Source: the human T2T-CHM13v2.0 reference genome, Homo sapiens | Assembly: GCF_009914755.1 (NCBI RefSeq) | Contig: NC_060935.1 | Reading direction: 5' to 3' (one strand) | DNA length: 64,000 bases | Shown: piece after piece, positions 47,353 to 61,243 of the stretch | How the letters are laid out: every line of letters begins with the position of its first letter | Position numbering within the stretch: the stretch's first letter is position 1 | Translations under genes and position numbers: made by a program | The notes under the pieces: generated by a model | Seen by the model: only the letters and a program-made list of their open reading frames with translations | What the model was told of the DNA's origin: nothing | The model's database searches: none

Positions 47353-48459
47353 CCTCCCCAGGGGATTTTACACTCCATCCTCATTCTTTCCTGACTACAA
47401 CTTTGAGATCTTAACGCTCAACAGGAACTTCTGGGGTCTAGTAATTCTGACTGACTTCTGCCAGATCCCAGACCCTCCACTTATCCTGATGGAAAAGCTA
47501 GGCCTCAGTTTCCCCATTTGTAAAATGGAGATAGCAAGAGTATTTGCATCACTGAGTTATCATAAGTAACCTTTGCAAAGTGCTTAATTCAGAGTCTGGC
47601 CTGTGGCAGATGCTTGGCTGATATTGTGTCATATATTATTGTTCATACTGAAGCGGCAAGAAGGACGAGAAAAGACCCTTTCCAAGTCTCATTAAATACT
47701 ATCTCATAAATATCTTTTTAAATATTTTATATTCTCTATCATGACTTTGAGCTAAAAAGCAAAACATAAGGACATTGGTTACTGTCACCAAAATGATCTA
47801 GTTTTTAACCAGTGAAATGACCCCAACTTTTCACTGGTAACTTGGCTCAAGGGCTAAAAGAGGCTTTTCAGCAGTTGATCTGGCCATGTTTAAGATGAAA
47901 CCGTGATTGTGGGGTAGAAACGTCCATTCAAGTTTTCAAAGGGCTGAAGTTGAGATGTTCCCACATCCCTGCTGGAGCCTCTCAAATCATAAGCTGTTTT
48001 ATGAAGGCTTCCTGGAAACCCCAGAGCTCTCATCTGAGCTGCACCAGCCCCTAGGGCTGTTGGAAGGAGCCATGGTTTGGGCGGCCTGTTCTCCTGGAGA
48101 GGGGCAGAGCCAGAATCTATTAAAAGGCTGCTTGGGCACACGCAGCGTCTGAAGTGTGTGTGGGCCCCTGCCAGCGTGGTTAGCAGACAGAGCTGCTGCC
48201 GTGTTCATTTCAGGGGGAAGAAGCACTCTTGGGAATGAACCTTTCCCGGAGGGGTGCTCAGATTACAACGAGCAAAGGGTTTGCGATTTTGAAAATAAGA
48301 TCACCTCCAAGAGAGTCCAGTTGCACAATCTTACCCAACTGGAAGCAAAATTCAGGGCTTATGTGAGCTTTCCTGGGGAGAAAAATCCACAGAGTCTATC
48401 AGATTCTCACACTGTCTATGACACCCACCCCCAAAATTATGACTGGTTGCTTTGAAGCA

Positions 48460-48597
48460 GGTGATATTTAACAGCATCCCCGGCCTCTACCTGGCCAGTA
48501 GCACCTCCCTCCCCAAGTTGTGAAAGCAAACCAGAAATGTCCCCAGACATTGCCAGTGTACGTGGGGGGCAAAACCACCCCCAGTTGAGAATCCCTG
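48460..48597 (-). mobile_element. MER20 fragment
   Basis: cagcatcc...cctctac...aatgtccccagacattgcca...ggggcaaaac...gttgagaa. Confidence 0.75.
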
Positions 48598-49006
48598 CAC
48601 TGAAGGCTGGATGAGGAGGCAGAGGGAGAAGAGGACATGGAGGGAGAGAAAGGGGGACAGATGAGCAAGACGGTCCCCTGAGGGGTGCCAGCCACCTCTG
48701 GGACCATCTGCTGTGGCCAGGACTGTGCAGCAGTCATGGAGGCCACTGGCTGTGCAGGTGTGACCTGGCCTTTGTTCCTCGGGCGCCGGTGGGTGGGACA
48801 CACTGTGTCACTCCTGGGCAAAGTGTGCTGCGAGCCCCACACAGGAGTGAGCAACCCCTATGCCCCGTGCGTGCCTCCTCACTGAGTCGGGAGGTTCATT
48901 GTGTTGAGACATCTTGTGACAACCTGGCAGATGGGCTTGGCTGAGTGCACAACGGGGCCAGTTCTTGGAGATCGGATAACAGCTATGTCATGCCCTGCAC
49001 CTGCAC

Positions 49007-49395
49007 AGGCTGGGGGCTTAAAACAACACAGATGGATGCTGTCATAGCTTTGGAGGTGAGAAGTGCACAATCAAGGTGCCAGCAGGGCCGCGCTCCCTCT
49101 AAGACTCCAGGGGAGGATCCTTCCTGCCTTTACCAGCTCCTGGGTCTCCAAGTGTTCCTTGGCTAGTGGCCGCATCACTCTAATCTCAGCCTCTGTGGTC
49201 ACTCGGCCCTCTCTGTTGTGTGTCTCTGTTGTGTGTCTTCTTCTTGTAAGGACACCAGTCATTCTATTTGGGGCCCACCCCTACGACTTTATCTTAACTC
49301 GGTTACATCTGCAAAGACCCTGTTTCCAAGTGAGATCACATTGATAAGTGCCAGGAGTTAGGACTTGAACATGTCTTTGTAGGGGACACCATTCA
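49007..49395 (-). mobile_element. MLT1 (MaLR) LTR
   Basis: ggcttaaaacaaca...caaggtgccagcagggcc...gtaaggacaccagtcatt...catctgcaaagaccctgtttccaa. Confidence 0.85.
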
Positions 49396-50024
49396 GCCCA
49401 CTCCAGTAGCTGAGATGCTGCACTGGGCAGGTAATCCTGGAGTTGGCTGCCTTGGATGGGGCAGGCTGGAGCACGCGGGTAGCAGCATGGGGCAGGGTCA
49501 TGGCTGAGGGCCAGGGAAGGTCTGGGGGAGTGACAGCTTCCAGCTTTGGCCTGGTCTGCCTTGCTGCAGGACCCAGGATGCACACAGGAACTCCTGGGGG
49601 TCTTGTCAAAATGCAGGCTCTGGCTCAGCTGGTCTGGGGGACCCAGCACCTGGGGTGGCTGAGGCTCTGGTCCTTCCCAGACCATGCTTTGAGATGTGAG
49701 GAGTGTGGGAAGGGCCTTTTGCACAAGCCAGGAGAGGCCTCCCCAGAGCAAGACCCCCAGTATCCACATGAGCCCCTGGAGCACTGTGTGGTACCCCAAG
49801 GGTGACCCCAGACCAAGACCCCAGGGCCGGCTCCAGAGAGCCAAGAGCCTGTTGAGGTCAGAGCCATGTCCCAAAGAGAGACCCAGGGGTGGGTCAAGAA
49901 GGCATGGGCACTCAGATCCACAGGGCGGCCTTCAAAGTGGGTTTACAGGAGGGGCCCAGAGACCTCAGGACAGCACTGCAGGGCAGGAAAGGGCAGGAAA
50001 AGAGAAGGGCCCTGAGGCAGGGCC

Positions 50025-50395
50025 CTCCTTCTCTCTCTCCCTCCTTCTCTCTCTCCCTCTTGATCTCCCTTTCTCTCTGTCCTCCTCCTCACCTCTTATT
50101 CATCTCTACCTCTCTATCTCTCTCTCTCACTTCTCTCTGTCTCTCTCCCTCTGTCTCTCTGTCCTTCTTTCTCTTTTCCTCTCTCTGTCTCTCTCTCCCT
50201 TCTGTCTCCTCTCCCTCTCTATCATTCCCTTTCTCTCTTCTCTCTCTCCTTTCTTCCCCCTCTCTCTCTCTTCCCACCTCCCTCTTTTTCACTCTACCCC
50301 CTCTCACTTTCTCTCTCTCCCCCTCTCTCTCTCCTTCTCCCTCCCTCTCTGTCTCCATCTCTTTCCCTCTCCCTCCCCTTCTCTCTCCCTCCCTT
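50025..50395. repeat. ~370-bp CT-rich polypyrimidine tract
   Basis: Almost pure C/T on +. Confidence 0.9.
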
Positions 50396-51974
50396 TGACA
50401 GCCATAGGGTCAGCTTCCAGGGTTCCCATTAAAGGGACTAAAGAAGATCATGGCCAACATGTTTTCTTGCAACTAAGACCCATTAGCCTTTTTGAAGTCC
50501 AGCCTCAAAGCCTGCTGGACATTATTTATGTCCATGGGGTCATTGCGGAGAACGCCACACACTAAACTCTTGGCTGTGTGTGCTGGGGGGCGGCTGAGGC
50601 CCACACTGCCCTGATGTTGAACCTGACCCAGGCTTTGGTAGATCCTGAGAAGGCCGTGGACATTGGAACCCTATAAAAGTCTGTTTGCTTTCATGTCGCT
50701 GCCCAGGGCTCAAGTCTGTACCCCACTGGCTCGCCGCTGGTTCTCCACATGCATCCCCGTAGTGGGTGGGGCTGTCCCCGCAGCAGCATCTGTTCGCCAT
50801 CTTCATGGATGCTGCTTTTGAAAAGCAAGTGAGGGCGGACTCCATGGGAGAAGGGCTGCTTTCAGACAAAGCCCACGGCTGGATGCATAGGTGGTGGAGA
50901 CGCAACCTCGGGGCTCCGAGTGCGGGTTCAGACCCCGCCCAGCCCCTCTGAGAGCCCGGTATGCGGATGTGGACCCAGCTCAAACTTCCTGGCTGAGCAA
51001 CCCTGGGCAAGTGGCTTCACCTCTCTGGGTCTCAACGTCCCCATCTGTAAAATGGAGTTGATAGTGTGACCTTCCTTGTGGAGTGGTGGGTGAGGGTCAA
51101 GAGAGTTAATCCTCGAGCCCACAGAGGGACAGAGCTGGCCAGCGTTGGCTGTAAACGCCCCTTACCCACAGGCCTGGGGCAGAGCCCACTCCTCACCACT
51201 CCCAGGGCCTGGCCCTGCTCCTGCCAGAGGGGAACCGCAAGTCCCCCTTGGAAGAGAAGGGTCTCCCTGCATGTGGAGACCCCGCCCCTGCCCGCCGCCA
51301 GGTGACCAGGGAGGGTGGTGGCAGGGTTGCCATGGCCTCAGGACAGGGAAGGGCAGCCATTTCTTGCCATTTCCCATGGAGGCCTTGTGGATGTGGGCAG
51401 GTGTGGGAGGCAGTCCTGGGGCTGCATTCATTGTCCACAGGGCCCTGGGCACTGGCAGGGGCTGGGGAGAGGCCCTCACAGATTTGAGAATCGGGGTTGG
51501 GGGCCTGGAATTTGAGGAGTCTCGGGCCTTATCCCAGCTCATCAGCACAAATAAAAGCAATAAACATGCTCATGAGACTTGTCAGTTCCCCACCCCGTGT
51601 GGGCTTCCTACCAGAACCATGAGTAGGTAGGGCAGAATTTCGATCCTGAGCTGAGAGTGGCACATCTGGCCTTTGAACCTGGCCCCTAACCTCACCCAGA
51701 GACTCTGCACTAAAACTTGCAGTCCCCGTTCTCCCCCAGGGGAGGAAGAATGGGCCTCTTGCACGATGGGATGTTAGGAACCTCTAGTCTATTCATGAAG
51801 CTATTTCTCTGCTCTTCATTCCACTGTTACAGACTTCTTTGGTCCCTAAAGATTTTATGCCTCCCCAGTCTTCAGCTGAGGCGCGAAACAGATTGGATGA
51901 CTTTTATCATGGCCTGATTTTCTTTTGGCTTGTCTTGGTTTCATGGAAACATATTTCTTTTAAAGTGAATTCTG

Positions 51975-52253
51975 GGCTGGGTGCCATGGCTCACGCCTAT
52001 AATCCCAGCACTTTGGGAGGCTGAGGCAGGAGGATCACCTGAGGTCAGGAGTTCAAGTCCAGCTTGGCCACATAGCGAAACCCCATCTGTACTAAAAATA
52101 CAAAAATTAGCCGGGCGTGGTGGCTGGCGCCTGTAGTCCGAGCTACTCAGGAGGCTGAGGCAAGAGAATTGCTTGAACCCGGGAGGCGGAGGTTGCATTG
52201 AGCCAAGATCGCGCCACCACACTTCAGCCTGGTTGACAAAATGAGACTGTCTC
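51975..52253 (+). mobile_element. AluS whose tail expanded into a compound purine microsatellite
   Basis: Alu body followed by (GA)n(GGAA)n(GAAA)n. Confidence 0.95.
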
Positions 52254-52461
52254 AAAAAAGAAAGAGAGAGAGAGAGAGAGAGGAAAGAAAGAAAAAGAAA
52301 GGAAGGAAGGAAGGAAGGAAGGAAGGAAGGAAGGAAGGAAGGAAAGAAGGAAGGAAGGAAGGAAGGAAGGAAGGAAGGAAGGAAGGAAGGAAGGAAGGAA
52401 GGAAGGAAGGAAGGAAAGAAAGAAAGAAAGAAAGGAAAGAAAGAAAGGAAAGAGAAAGAAA

Positions 52462-52525
<64 letters not shown>

Positions 52526-52549
52526 AAAGAAAGAAAGAGGGAAAGAAAA
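52254..52549. repeat. Pure polypurine compound microsatellite including (GGAA)11-AGAA-(GGAA)17
   Basis: GGAA units at 52301-52344 and 52349-52416; (GAAA)n downstream. Confidence 0.95.
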
Positions 52550-52699
52550 TTCATTCTGGACCTTTTTAAAAATTCATGTTTTTAAAGTGACCCCAAGACC
52601 ATCATTGCACAGCTCTGCCACAGGGCATCCCAGGCTGCTGGGGTGAAATCTTTGCCATTCTGGCTATAGTTCTGAGGTCCTCATCTGTGTCCAGGCCCA

Positions 52700-52875
52700 T
52701 GGTGTGCTGGAGTCATGTCCTTCTGGAATTCTGCAAGCTGGTTGTTACCCGTTGCTGGCTTGAAATAGGCCACGGTGGGGTATTTACACCATGGGAATTG
52801 GCAGATGCTGCAAATCAGGGCTTCCCTCGCCCCCGCAGGAGCCCCTCACCCCCGCCGGAGCCCCTCACCAGCATC
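52700..52875. mobile_element. MER63-like hAT fragment
   Basis: ggtgtgctggag...cttgaaataggccacggtggggtatttacaccatgggaattggcagatgctgcaaatcagggctt. Confidence 0.6.
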
Positions 52876-53439
52876 TTCTTGCACCAGCCCCATGTGCCTT
52901 CTTGTCTTTGGAGGGGTTGAGCATTTCCCAACATATCTGTTGAGTTTTTAACTCTTTTTATGATCTTTTTTATTTCTAGTTCTATTTGGTTCTTTTCCAA
53001 GTCAGCTATGTCATGTTTTAATAGTTTCCTGTCCTTTGCAGTTCTTTTCTATCTTGAGGTTTATGTCTTTAAACGAGTTAAGCATAGCTGATTTATTACC
53101 CAGCTCATCCTTTGCTAATCCCAAGCTGAGTGGGCCGATTTCTATCTCGGTCACTTCAGCTGGTTCTCCTCCCGGGGCTGTCTCTTGCCCTGGTGGGGGC
53201 GGGTCTGCTTCGCTTGTCTGCTAGTCATTGACCTTTTATAATCTGTGGGGTTTCCCAAAGCCTCTGATAAAGGTGACCTTGTCCAGAAAGGTTTGCAGCG
53301 TTATAGATGAGAGCCACCTTGAACCAAAGCCACAGTCTGAGGTGCCCAGGTCTTCACAGGCGCCATGGCTGTAGGGGCCAGAGCTTCTCAGGGTGGGTTC
53401 CAGTCCTCCTTTTCCTTCTCTTTCTCTCCTCCTCCTCTG

Positions 53440-54090
<651 letters not shown>

Positions 54091-55442
54091 TCATTGAATT
54101 TCTTGTTTCTTTTCCTGTGGTGCATTCTTTACTATGTATCCTGGGAGGGTTGATCTGAGTAATCTACCACCTTCAACAGAAGCAGGAATGTGAAATGATA
54201 TTTCTGCTGACTTACCTATCATTTATTTCTTTAACAAGACATCACTGAGCAGGCCTAGGACCAGACCCCGTGGCAAGGGCTGGGATTAAAGATGTCCACA
54301 GCCCAGTCCCTGCCCCATGCTTGGGGAAGAGCAGTGGCGCCTGATCCACCCACGGCTGCATTCCTTGGGTCCTCAGCTCGCCTGAGACTCGAGTCTGGAG
54401 ACTGCGTCAGGATAATGGGGGATGTATGCTTGCTCCAGAAGCAATCCCTCAACTGTGCTTCATAGCAGTGTCCCTGCTATGGGGAGCCAGGTCTTCCTAT
54501 GCAGTGTGGACGTGATCAGCAGTAACTGTGGCGTGGGAAATACCAGGCACCGGCAATGACCTCTCCAGGCAGACCCCTGCCCAGGGACTGAGAGCATCTC
54601 CCATCTTGCCCGCGTGCCCTCTGGAGCCGTGCGGGTGGAGGGTAGGAGTGAGCATTGCAGGGTCAAGGTCAGGCTGAGATTCCTCCACATCTACTGTTCA
54701 TGGGCCTGGGACAAGGGGCTCTGGGCCTTCCCTGCCCCCTCGTCCATATTTACTGAAGTGGACACATCCATAGCTACCAAAAGGTTGGAGAGAAGGCGGA
54801 TGGGAGTCTGAAAGCCGGGGCTGTCCTAGGCTGGCACAGAGTAGGCGCTTTATAAAGTCGGGTGCCTTCCCTCTGCCTTCTCCCTCACTCAGTGGACATC
54901 ACTGAGCCTCTGCTCTGTGGCCACTGCTGTTCCCCGTCCTAGGGATACATCAGTCAGCTAAACAGATAAGCCTGGCTTCAGACCCAGTGTGCCAGCTCCT
55001 ATCCGTGCTGGAAGCTGGTGCCAACGGGGAGAGACAGGCAGATGCCAGGGCTGCTGAAAACTCGCCTGGTCATGAAGGGCTGACCAGGGATGTGGCACTG
55101 GGCATCACATGCCCCAAAAGCCTATTTATGGCAGAGAATGTGAACCCCTTGGGGCACCCGCCAAGGCTCCTGGTGTCTGCCCCCGAGTCCGACGGCAGGA
55201 GGATTAGACCACAGCAGCCCCGCGTCCTCGTGGACAGACAGGGTCAGAAGAGGCCTGTGCCTTCCTAATGGGGCCACACGGCTCCCCGCAGGGCTGGGTG
55301 TTCTCCTCCTTGGGAGCTGAGGAAGCTGCAAACAGGGAAACGGGGATTTGTCCAGGTGTTCTGTGGGTGCTCGAGGGCCTTCGGGCCCAAACCCCACCAA
55401 CGATGAGGCTCCTGGGCTTTCCCCTGCACCCAGTGGCCTGGA

Positions 55443-55548
55443 CTGCTGTGCACAGCACACACCCATGGTTCCTGCCCGATATGGGAGGTGCCTGGCCTGC
55501 TGTGCACGGCACACACACCCCATGGTTCCTGCCTGACACGGGAGGTGC
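55443..55548. repeat. ~54-bp tandem duplication
   Basis: ctgctgtgcac(a/g)gcacacac...ccatggttcctgcc...gggaggtgc starting at 55443 and 55497. Confidence 0.85.
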
Positions 55549-57334
55549 TGTCTGGGGAGGCCCCTCTCAGTAGCACTCTGACCTTCAGGCTTCAGCCCTC
55601 CAGCACCCCGACGCCATGATTGAGGGCCAGACATCCATAGTGAACAATGCCCTCCAGGGTATGAAGCGGCCTGTGAGGACCAGGGTAGGTGAGGAAAGAA
55701 GCTCACCCCCTAGGAAGCCAAGGGCAACCCGAAAACCACCCAGGTCTGATCTTTAGGGGTGCAAACCTTCAAATCTTCTAGCAATTTCGAGCCCACGCTC
55801 CAGCTGCAGGGAGTCCCATCCGTGGCCAAGACTGGATGATAGAAGCACACAGGGCCACCGCGTGGACTGAGGGTCTAGGCCCTCGGGCCACGGGGACTGT
55901 AGCGGGGACCCTCAGCATCCCTGCCCACTGTGTATCCACCATGGGGACTCACTTCTCCTTTCTGTTTGTGATTTTCTTCTTTCTTCTGAAACGAAAATGT
56001 CAGAAGCAATTCCAGGAAGGTCAGAGTTCTTCTGGGCTGGGTTCAGAGGGAGGTTTCCGCCGGCATAGTTAGTCACTGCACTAAGGTCAGCATCTTCTGC
56101 CCCCTCTGGTTGGGGGCTGTCTGGGGGGCTGACTCTGTCCCCTTGCAGAGCCCCATGGTCTGGCCAGATGGGGCCTCACCACCCCCACGGCCGTGGCTCT
56201 CGACAAAGTAGGTTCATGAACCTCAAAGACCCCAGCTTGAGGGCCAAGAGTCGGGGCAGAATGCACTCCTCAGGGCGCTGGCTGGGGGCGAAGGGGACAC
56301 GGCTGTCACTCCCAGTGTCTTCCTGCTGGGGACAGGCTGTGGTCAGCCCGGGCACCATGCTTTAAAACATCCCACATGTGTTTTTGCCGAACTGGTCTCA
56401 TGACCCCTTTCCCGAATCTCACCAGATGTTTCCCTGGGAGAGACCCTGTTGCTCATGTAAACGGGGGTGCATGTTTTCCCAGGGAGGCCAGCAGCAGCCA
56501 CCGGCTCCTTGACCACCGTGCAGAAATCCTCATGGACTCAGAGGAATATATTTTGGGTCTTTGCATGTGAGTGAGCAGAGCCCAGAAATAAATCTGTGTC
56601 TGCAACAAGAAAAGACAGGCTCTCCCACACGTGGGCTGTCTTTTCTCCTGACTCAGAGGTGCCCCATGAAGTCAGTGCTGTTCCTGTGGGTCACCAGGAT
56701 GGAAGACCTCCACCTCTCCAGCCTCAGTGCCCTCCGTGGCTCCCCAGCACTGAGGAGGTGGCTTCAAGCTTCTTGGCCGAAGGAGTCTGTGCTTGCACAG
56801 GCAGGGGCTCAGCTGGACCAGGGCTGCCAAGAGCACCAGAGGCTCCCCTGCTGGGAAACAGGCCTTGTGATACCCAGTTTGCGATGAGGAAATGTAGGCT
56901 CAGAGAGATTAAGTCACTCTGTGGAAACCACACAGGGGCAGGGCAGGATTCCAGCCCAGGCCACGCCGTCCCAGGCCTCTAAGCACAGTGCCCACTCAAT
57001 CTGCCCCTCGAGGGCCACAGAAGGATCTGGGCTCATCTTGCCGGAGCCCCTGGCACTGCCTCCTCCAGTTCACGCTGAGATCATCAGTTCTCAGAGGGAG
57101 CCCAAACCCACACCTTATGTCCTTCAGCCCTGGGCTCCCCTACAAGGGTCCCCACGCCGCACATTCTCCAGTCACCGTGCCTGGGGCAGCCTAGTCCTGC
57201 TGTCTCCCTGAAGCAGCTTCAGGCCCCCGCTCCTGGGTCCGTGCTCCTGCAAAGCTCCCCTAACCACTGGGACAGGCCCCTGCACAAAGCCCTGCAGGAC
57301 CGCAACCTGCAGCTTCAGGGTGGGAGCAGAGGCT

Positions 57335-57725
57335 GAGCGGTGGCCCCCGATCCACATGCTCCTGGAGCCTGCGAACGTGGCCTTGTTTGGAAGAAGGGTC
57401 TTCGCAGAGGGAATGAAGTTAAACATCTCTGGATGAGATCATCCTGGATTTAAGGTGGGCCATAAATCCAATAGCAGAGAATGGCAGAGGGAAATTTGAG
57501 ACCCAGCGAGGAGAGGAGGCCATGCCATCAAGGAGCCAGCAGCTGGAGCGATGTGGCCACAGCCAGGGGACGCCTGGAGCCCCCGGAAGCTGGGAGAGGC
57601 AGGAAGGATCCTCTCCTAGGGCCTTCGGAGGGAGCATGGCCCTGGAGACACTTTGACTGTGGACTTCAGGCCTCCAGAGCTGAAGGAGAATGAACACCCA
57701 CTTTGGGGTCACGTGTTACAGAAGC
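57335..57725 (+). mobile_element. MLT1 (MaLR) LTR
   Basis: gtggccttgtttggaa...gatgagatcatcctggattt...ggaagctgggagaggcaggaaggatcctctcctag...gacttcaggcctccagagctg. Confidence 0.85.
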
Positions 57726-57759
57726 TGCAGGAGGATCCCGCAATGGCCAGCATGGCACA

Positions 57760-57935
57760 CGCCTCAGGGCCTCAGTTTCCCCAGCTGTGAAATGAGGATG
57801 ATGACAGGACCTGCCTCACAGGCTTGCAGTGAGGATAAAATGAGTTGATATGCATGGAATGCACGCAGCAGGGACCGGCACGGAACTGACATTGAGTGGA
57901 TGTCAGCCTCTGTCAACATTACTATTACTATTACT
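57760..57935. mobile_element. MIR SINE
   Basis: gcctcagtttcccagctgtgaaatgaggatgatgac...gtgaggataaaatgagttgata. Confidence 0.7.
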
Positions 57936-58387
57936 GTATTATTGCCCTTCGTTCATTCATTCCATAAATATGCGCAAAGCGGCTGCTCTGAGCCTTCCGT
58001 GGGCAGCAGGGCAGCACAGAGGAGGCCTGAGCGGTGGTGCTGGGGAGAGGATGGCGTAGGGCAGGCCTCGTGGACGCAGCCGGGGGCCTCACCATCAGCA
58101 TAAGCGACCACGGTGGGCTTCAGAGGGAGCGATGAGACAGGATTCACCCCATTGCCATTTGCTTTTCTATCGGATCAGGAAGAAGCATGGGATGAAGCTG
58201 GGGTGTCAAGGAGGGTCTCCCTTCCTCGGTGGTCACCTGAGGTGCTGGGGCCCCACCTTTAACTCTCTCTGCTGGACCTGGAAGCTTTGCCCAGGTCCCT
58301 GGGACCGTCGCGTTCACAGGCTTCCACCGAGGCTCTCGCTGGGTACATTGACTTGACCCACTTCAGATTTTGTTTTCTTAAAACTCA

Positions 58388-58701
<314 letters not shown>

Positions 58702-60157
58702 CTCATCCCCAAGTGACTTTGGCTTCATTGCTTTTTGTCAACAAGCTACAATGAACCTATGTACTTGTGTCAGACACTCAAGGGGTCCAGAACCCAGGTC
58801 AGGCCCTGAGCCTGCACCTGGTCGCTCTGCACCCGGAGGGGATGGATGAGGTCCCGGCCGGCACTCGCTCTTCCTCCCGTCTGCCTTTTTGCCAAGACTT
58901 CCCATCCCTTCCTTTAAGGCTCAGAATTGTGGAAAGGAGACGTGGATGGGACCTCAGTCTGGAAGCCTCTGTCTGACCCCCAAGCCCCGGAGGACCAAGG
59001 CCCCCACTGCCTTTAGGCAGCTCTGGCTCAGGGAGACTCGGCACTGTTTCCCTTCTCGTTGCGTCAGCACCCTGGGCAGCTGGGTGGTCTCAGGGTGACA
59101 GGAAGGCCGACTGATGTGACATGTGTCTTTGATGGGGAAATACGTTGTGGCTGCAAAGATGCTGCTCATTTGCTAAAGGGACTCTATTAAACGCGAAATC
59201 CAGAGGGGAGAGGGAAAGCTAGAGACGCTGGGGCCATCTTTGCATCTGATCCCCGATTAAGAGTGGGGAGTCAGGGCAGTGCTGCCTGTGTTTGAGCACA
59301 GCTCCACCCTGCTAGCAGCAAGACTGTAGGCTGTGGTGACTTCATCTCCCCCAGCCTCAGTGTTCCCATCTGTAAAGGGGGCCTTTCTCATCAAGCTGGC
59401 CATGAAGGTTGATGGAGTCGGTTCTCATGAAGCCCCTAGCTGGTGCCGCATCCTCGCCAGCCAGCGCTCGGTGACTCTCTGCTGTTCACTGTTGCCATTG
59501 AGGACCAGAGAGAGGTGACTTGGCCAAGCTGGCAGCTGTTTAGGGAGGGCACTGGACTTGAACTCGGGCCTGCCTTCAAGCCCATGCACCAGGCTGCCAT
59601 TCTCTTTAGGATGAAGTCAGTGCAGATACAAGGGAACCCGGGCAGTGGACCTGGAGCAGGCAGAGGTGTGGCCCTGACCCACAGGGGAAGATGCCCAGAG
59701 GGGGGACCATCTTCAGTCGTCCCCTCCTCGGCACTGCTCAGGGACCCACAGGTCCCTGAGTGATTCCAGGTGGAGGCCGAGGGGCCTGGGCTCTGCATCC
59801 TGAAAGGTCCTCTTTTGTGGCCTAGCCTGCTTTGGGGGCCCTTGGCTAAACCCTCCTGAAAACTTCCCTGGTGTTTTGGAGTCTATACCCACCGGGGATC
59901 CTCCTCTAGACCCTCCTGGCTCTTAAAGTTTCCCGTATGACCTGGGGGAGCTCCCACAGCCCCCTGCACTTCCTCCCACCTTCTGCTAAAGGGAATTCTA
60001 GCTTTGCCTCAAAGTGTTGTCAATGTGGAATGAGGCCGCGGTAAAAGCAGCCATGCACAGTAGCTGCTCGATAAATTGTGGTGGCCTCTGAAGATCAAGG
60101 TGGTTTTCCACAGAGATGCACCGCCCCCTCAACCCAGAACTTTCCTTCTCTCTCCAG

Positions 60158-60256
60158 ACTAAAATCCACGGAGTCGGGTTTGTGAAAATCCATGCCCCCT
60201 GGAACGTGCTGTGCAGAGAGGCCGAGTTTCTGAAACTGAAGATGCCGACGAAGAAG
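60158..60256 (+). CDS. ANO1: ANO1 coding exon 3 (99 nt; [33 protein letters not shown])
   Basis: Acceptor tttccttctctctccag|; FVKIHAPW anoctamin motif; donor AAG|GTTGGT; phase 0-0. Confidence 0.97.
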
Positions 60257-61091
60257 GTTGGTGTTGATGGTCCTGCTCCGAAATGAATCGCCAAGTCTAG
60301 AGGTCACTTGGACGCCTGGCAGTGAAACATGCCGACCTCGAGGCCCTGAGTTTTATAAAAAAAAAAACCCAGTGGGCTTCACGGCTACCCCTGCAAAGAC
60401 CATGTGGCTCGATGTGACAAGGCCCCCAGGCTCTGGGGTCCTGACCGTGGTGAATATGACCCAACCCTGGGTGATCTTTAGAGACCCCAGACCAAACCCC
60501 ACCAAGAGATGGTGCAGGCAGAAAAGCCCACCTCTCGGCCCCCGGGGAATTTACTGTACTTGCAGACACAGTTACAGTTCGGGCCGTGGTGCTTTCGTGT
60601 TTGTGGCATCTCAGCTAATTTATCAGATTCATTTTAATTACATTTTCTGGCTTACTGGGATTTTTCTTTTTAATCTGTGAAAACTTTGTATCTAAAAAGC
60701 AGTTTGACAGTGTGTTCCCAGAAGCTTAGCTTGGAGTCGGTATTTACTCTGGCAGGCGGACGGGTGAAGCCGGGCTAGGTAGTAAATCAGCCTCCTGCTT
60801 CTCGCGTCCTCAGAGACCACTTGGATTACCTCTTTTGAAGCAAAAGTAAAGTTTAGCGGGGAAGTTCTCTGGAATGCATTGTAATTGTGCTTTTGGCTGG
60901 GCGCTCCTGAAACTCTGGGCTTTCATGGCGTGGGCGGGGTGGGGCGGTGCATTCTGGCCCACCCAGGTGCTCTGCTCTCAGGACGCCCCGTTGCATGGGG
61001 TGGGATGGTTCTCTGACCATCCGAGAACAGATTCCACGGATCATGGTCCAGCAGGGTGACGCAGCTCCCCGGTCCCTTGTCTTATCTGCAG

Positions 61092-61243
61092 ATGTACCAC
61101 ATTAATGAGACCCGTGGCCTCCTGAAAAAAATCAACTCTGTGCTCCAGAAAATCACAGATCCCATCCAGCCCAAAGTGGCTGAGCACAGGCCCCAGACCA
61201 TGAAGAGACTCTCCTATCCCTTCTCCCGGGAGAAGCAGCATCT
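61092..61243 (+). CDS. ANO1: ANO1 coding exon 4 (152 nt; MYHINETRG...FSREKQHL)
   Basis: Acceptor cttatctgcag|; donor CT|GTAAGT; phase 0-2. Confidence 0.96.

Noticed and set aside
49696-50565. 289-aa Leu/Ser-rich ORF and the 52241-52585 Arg/Lys/Glu-rich ORF
   Set aside because: Translations of CT-rich and GGAA/GAAA simple repeats.
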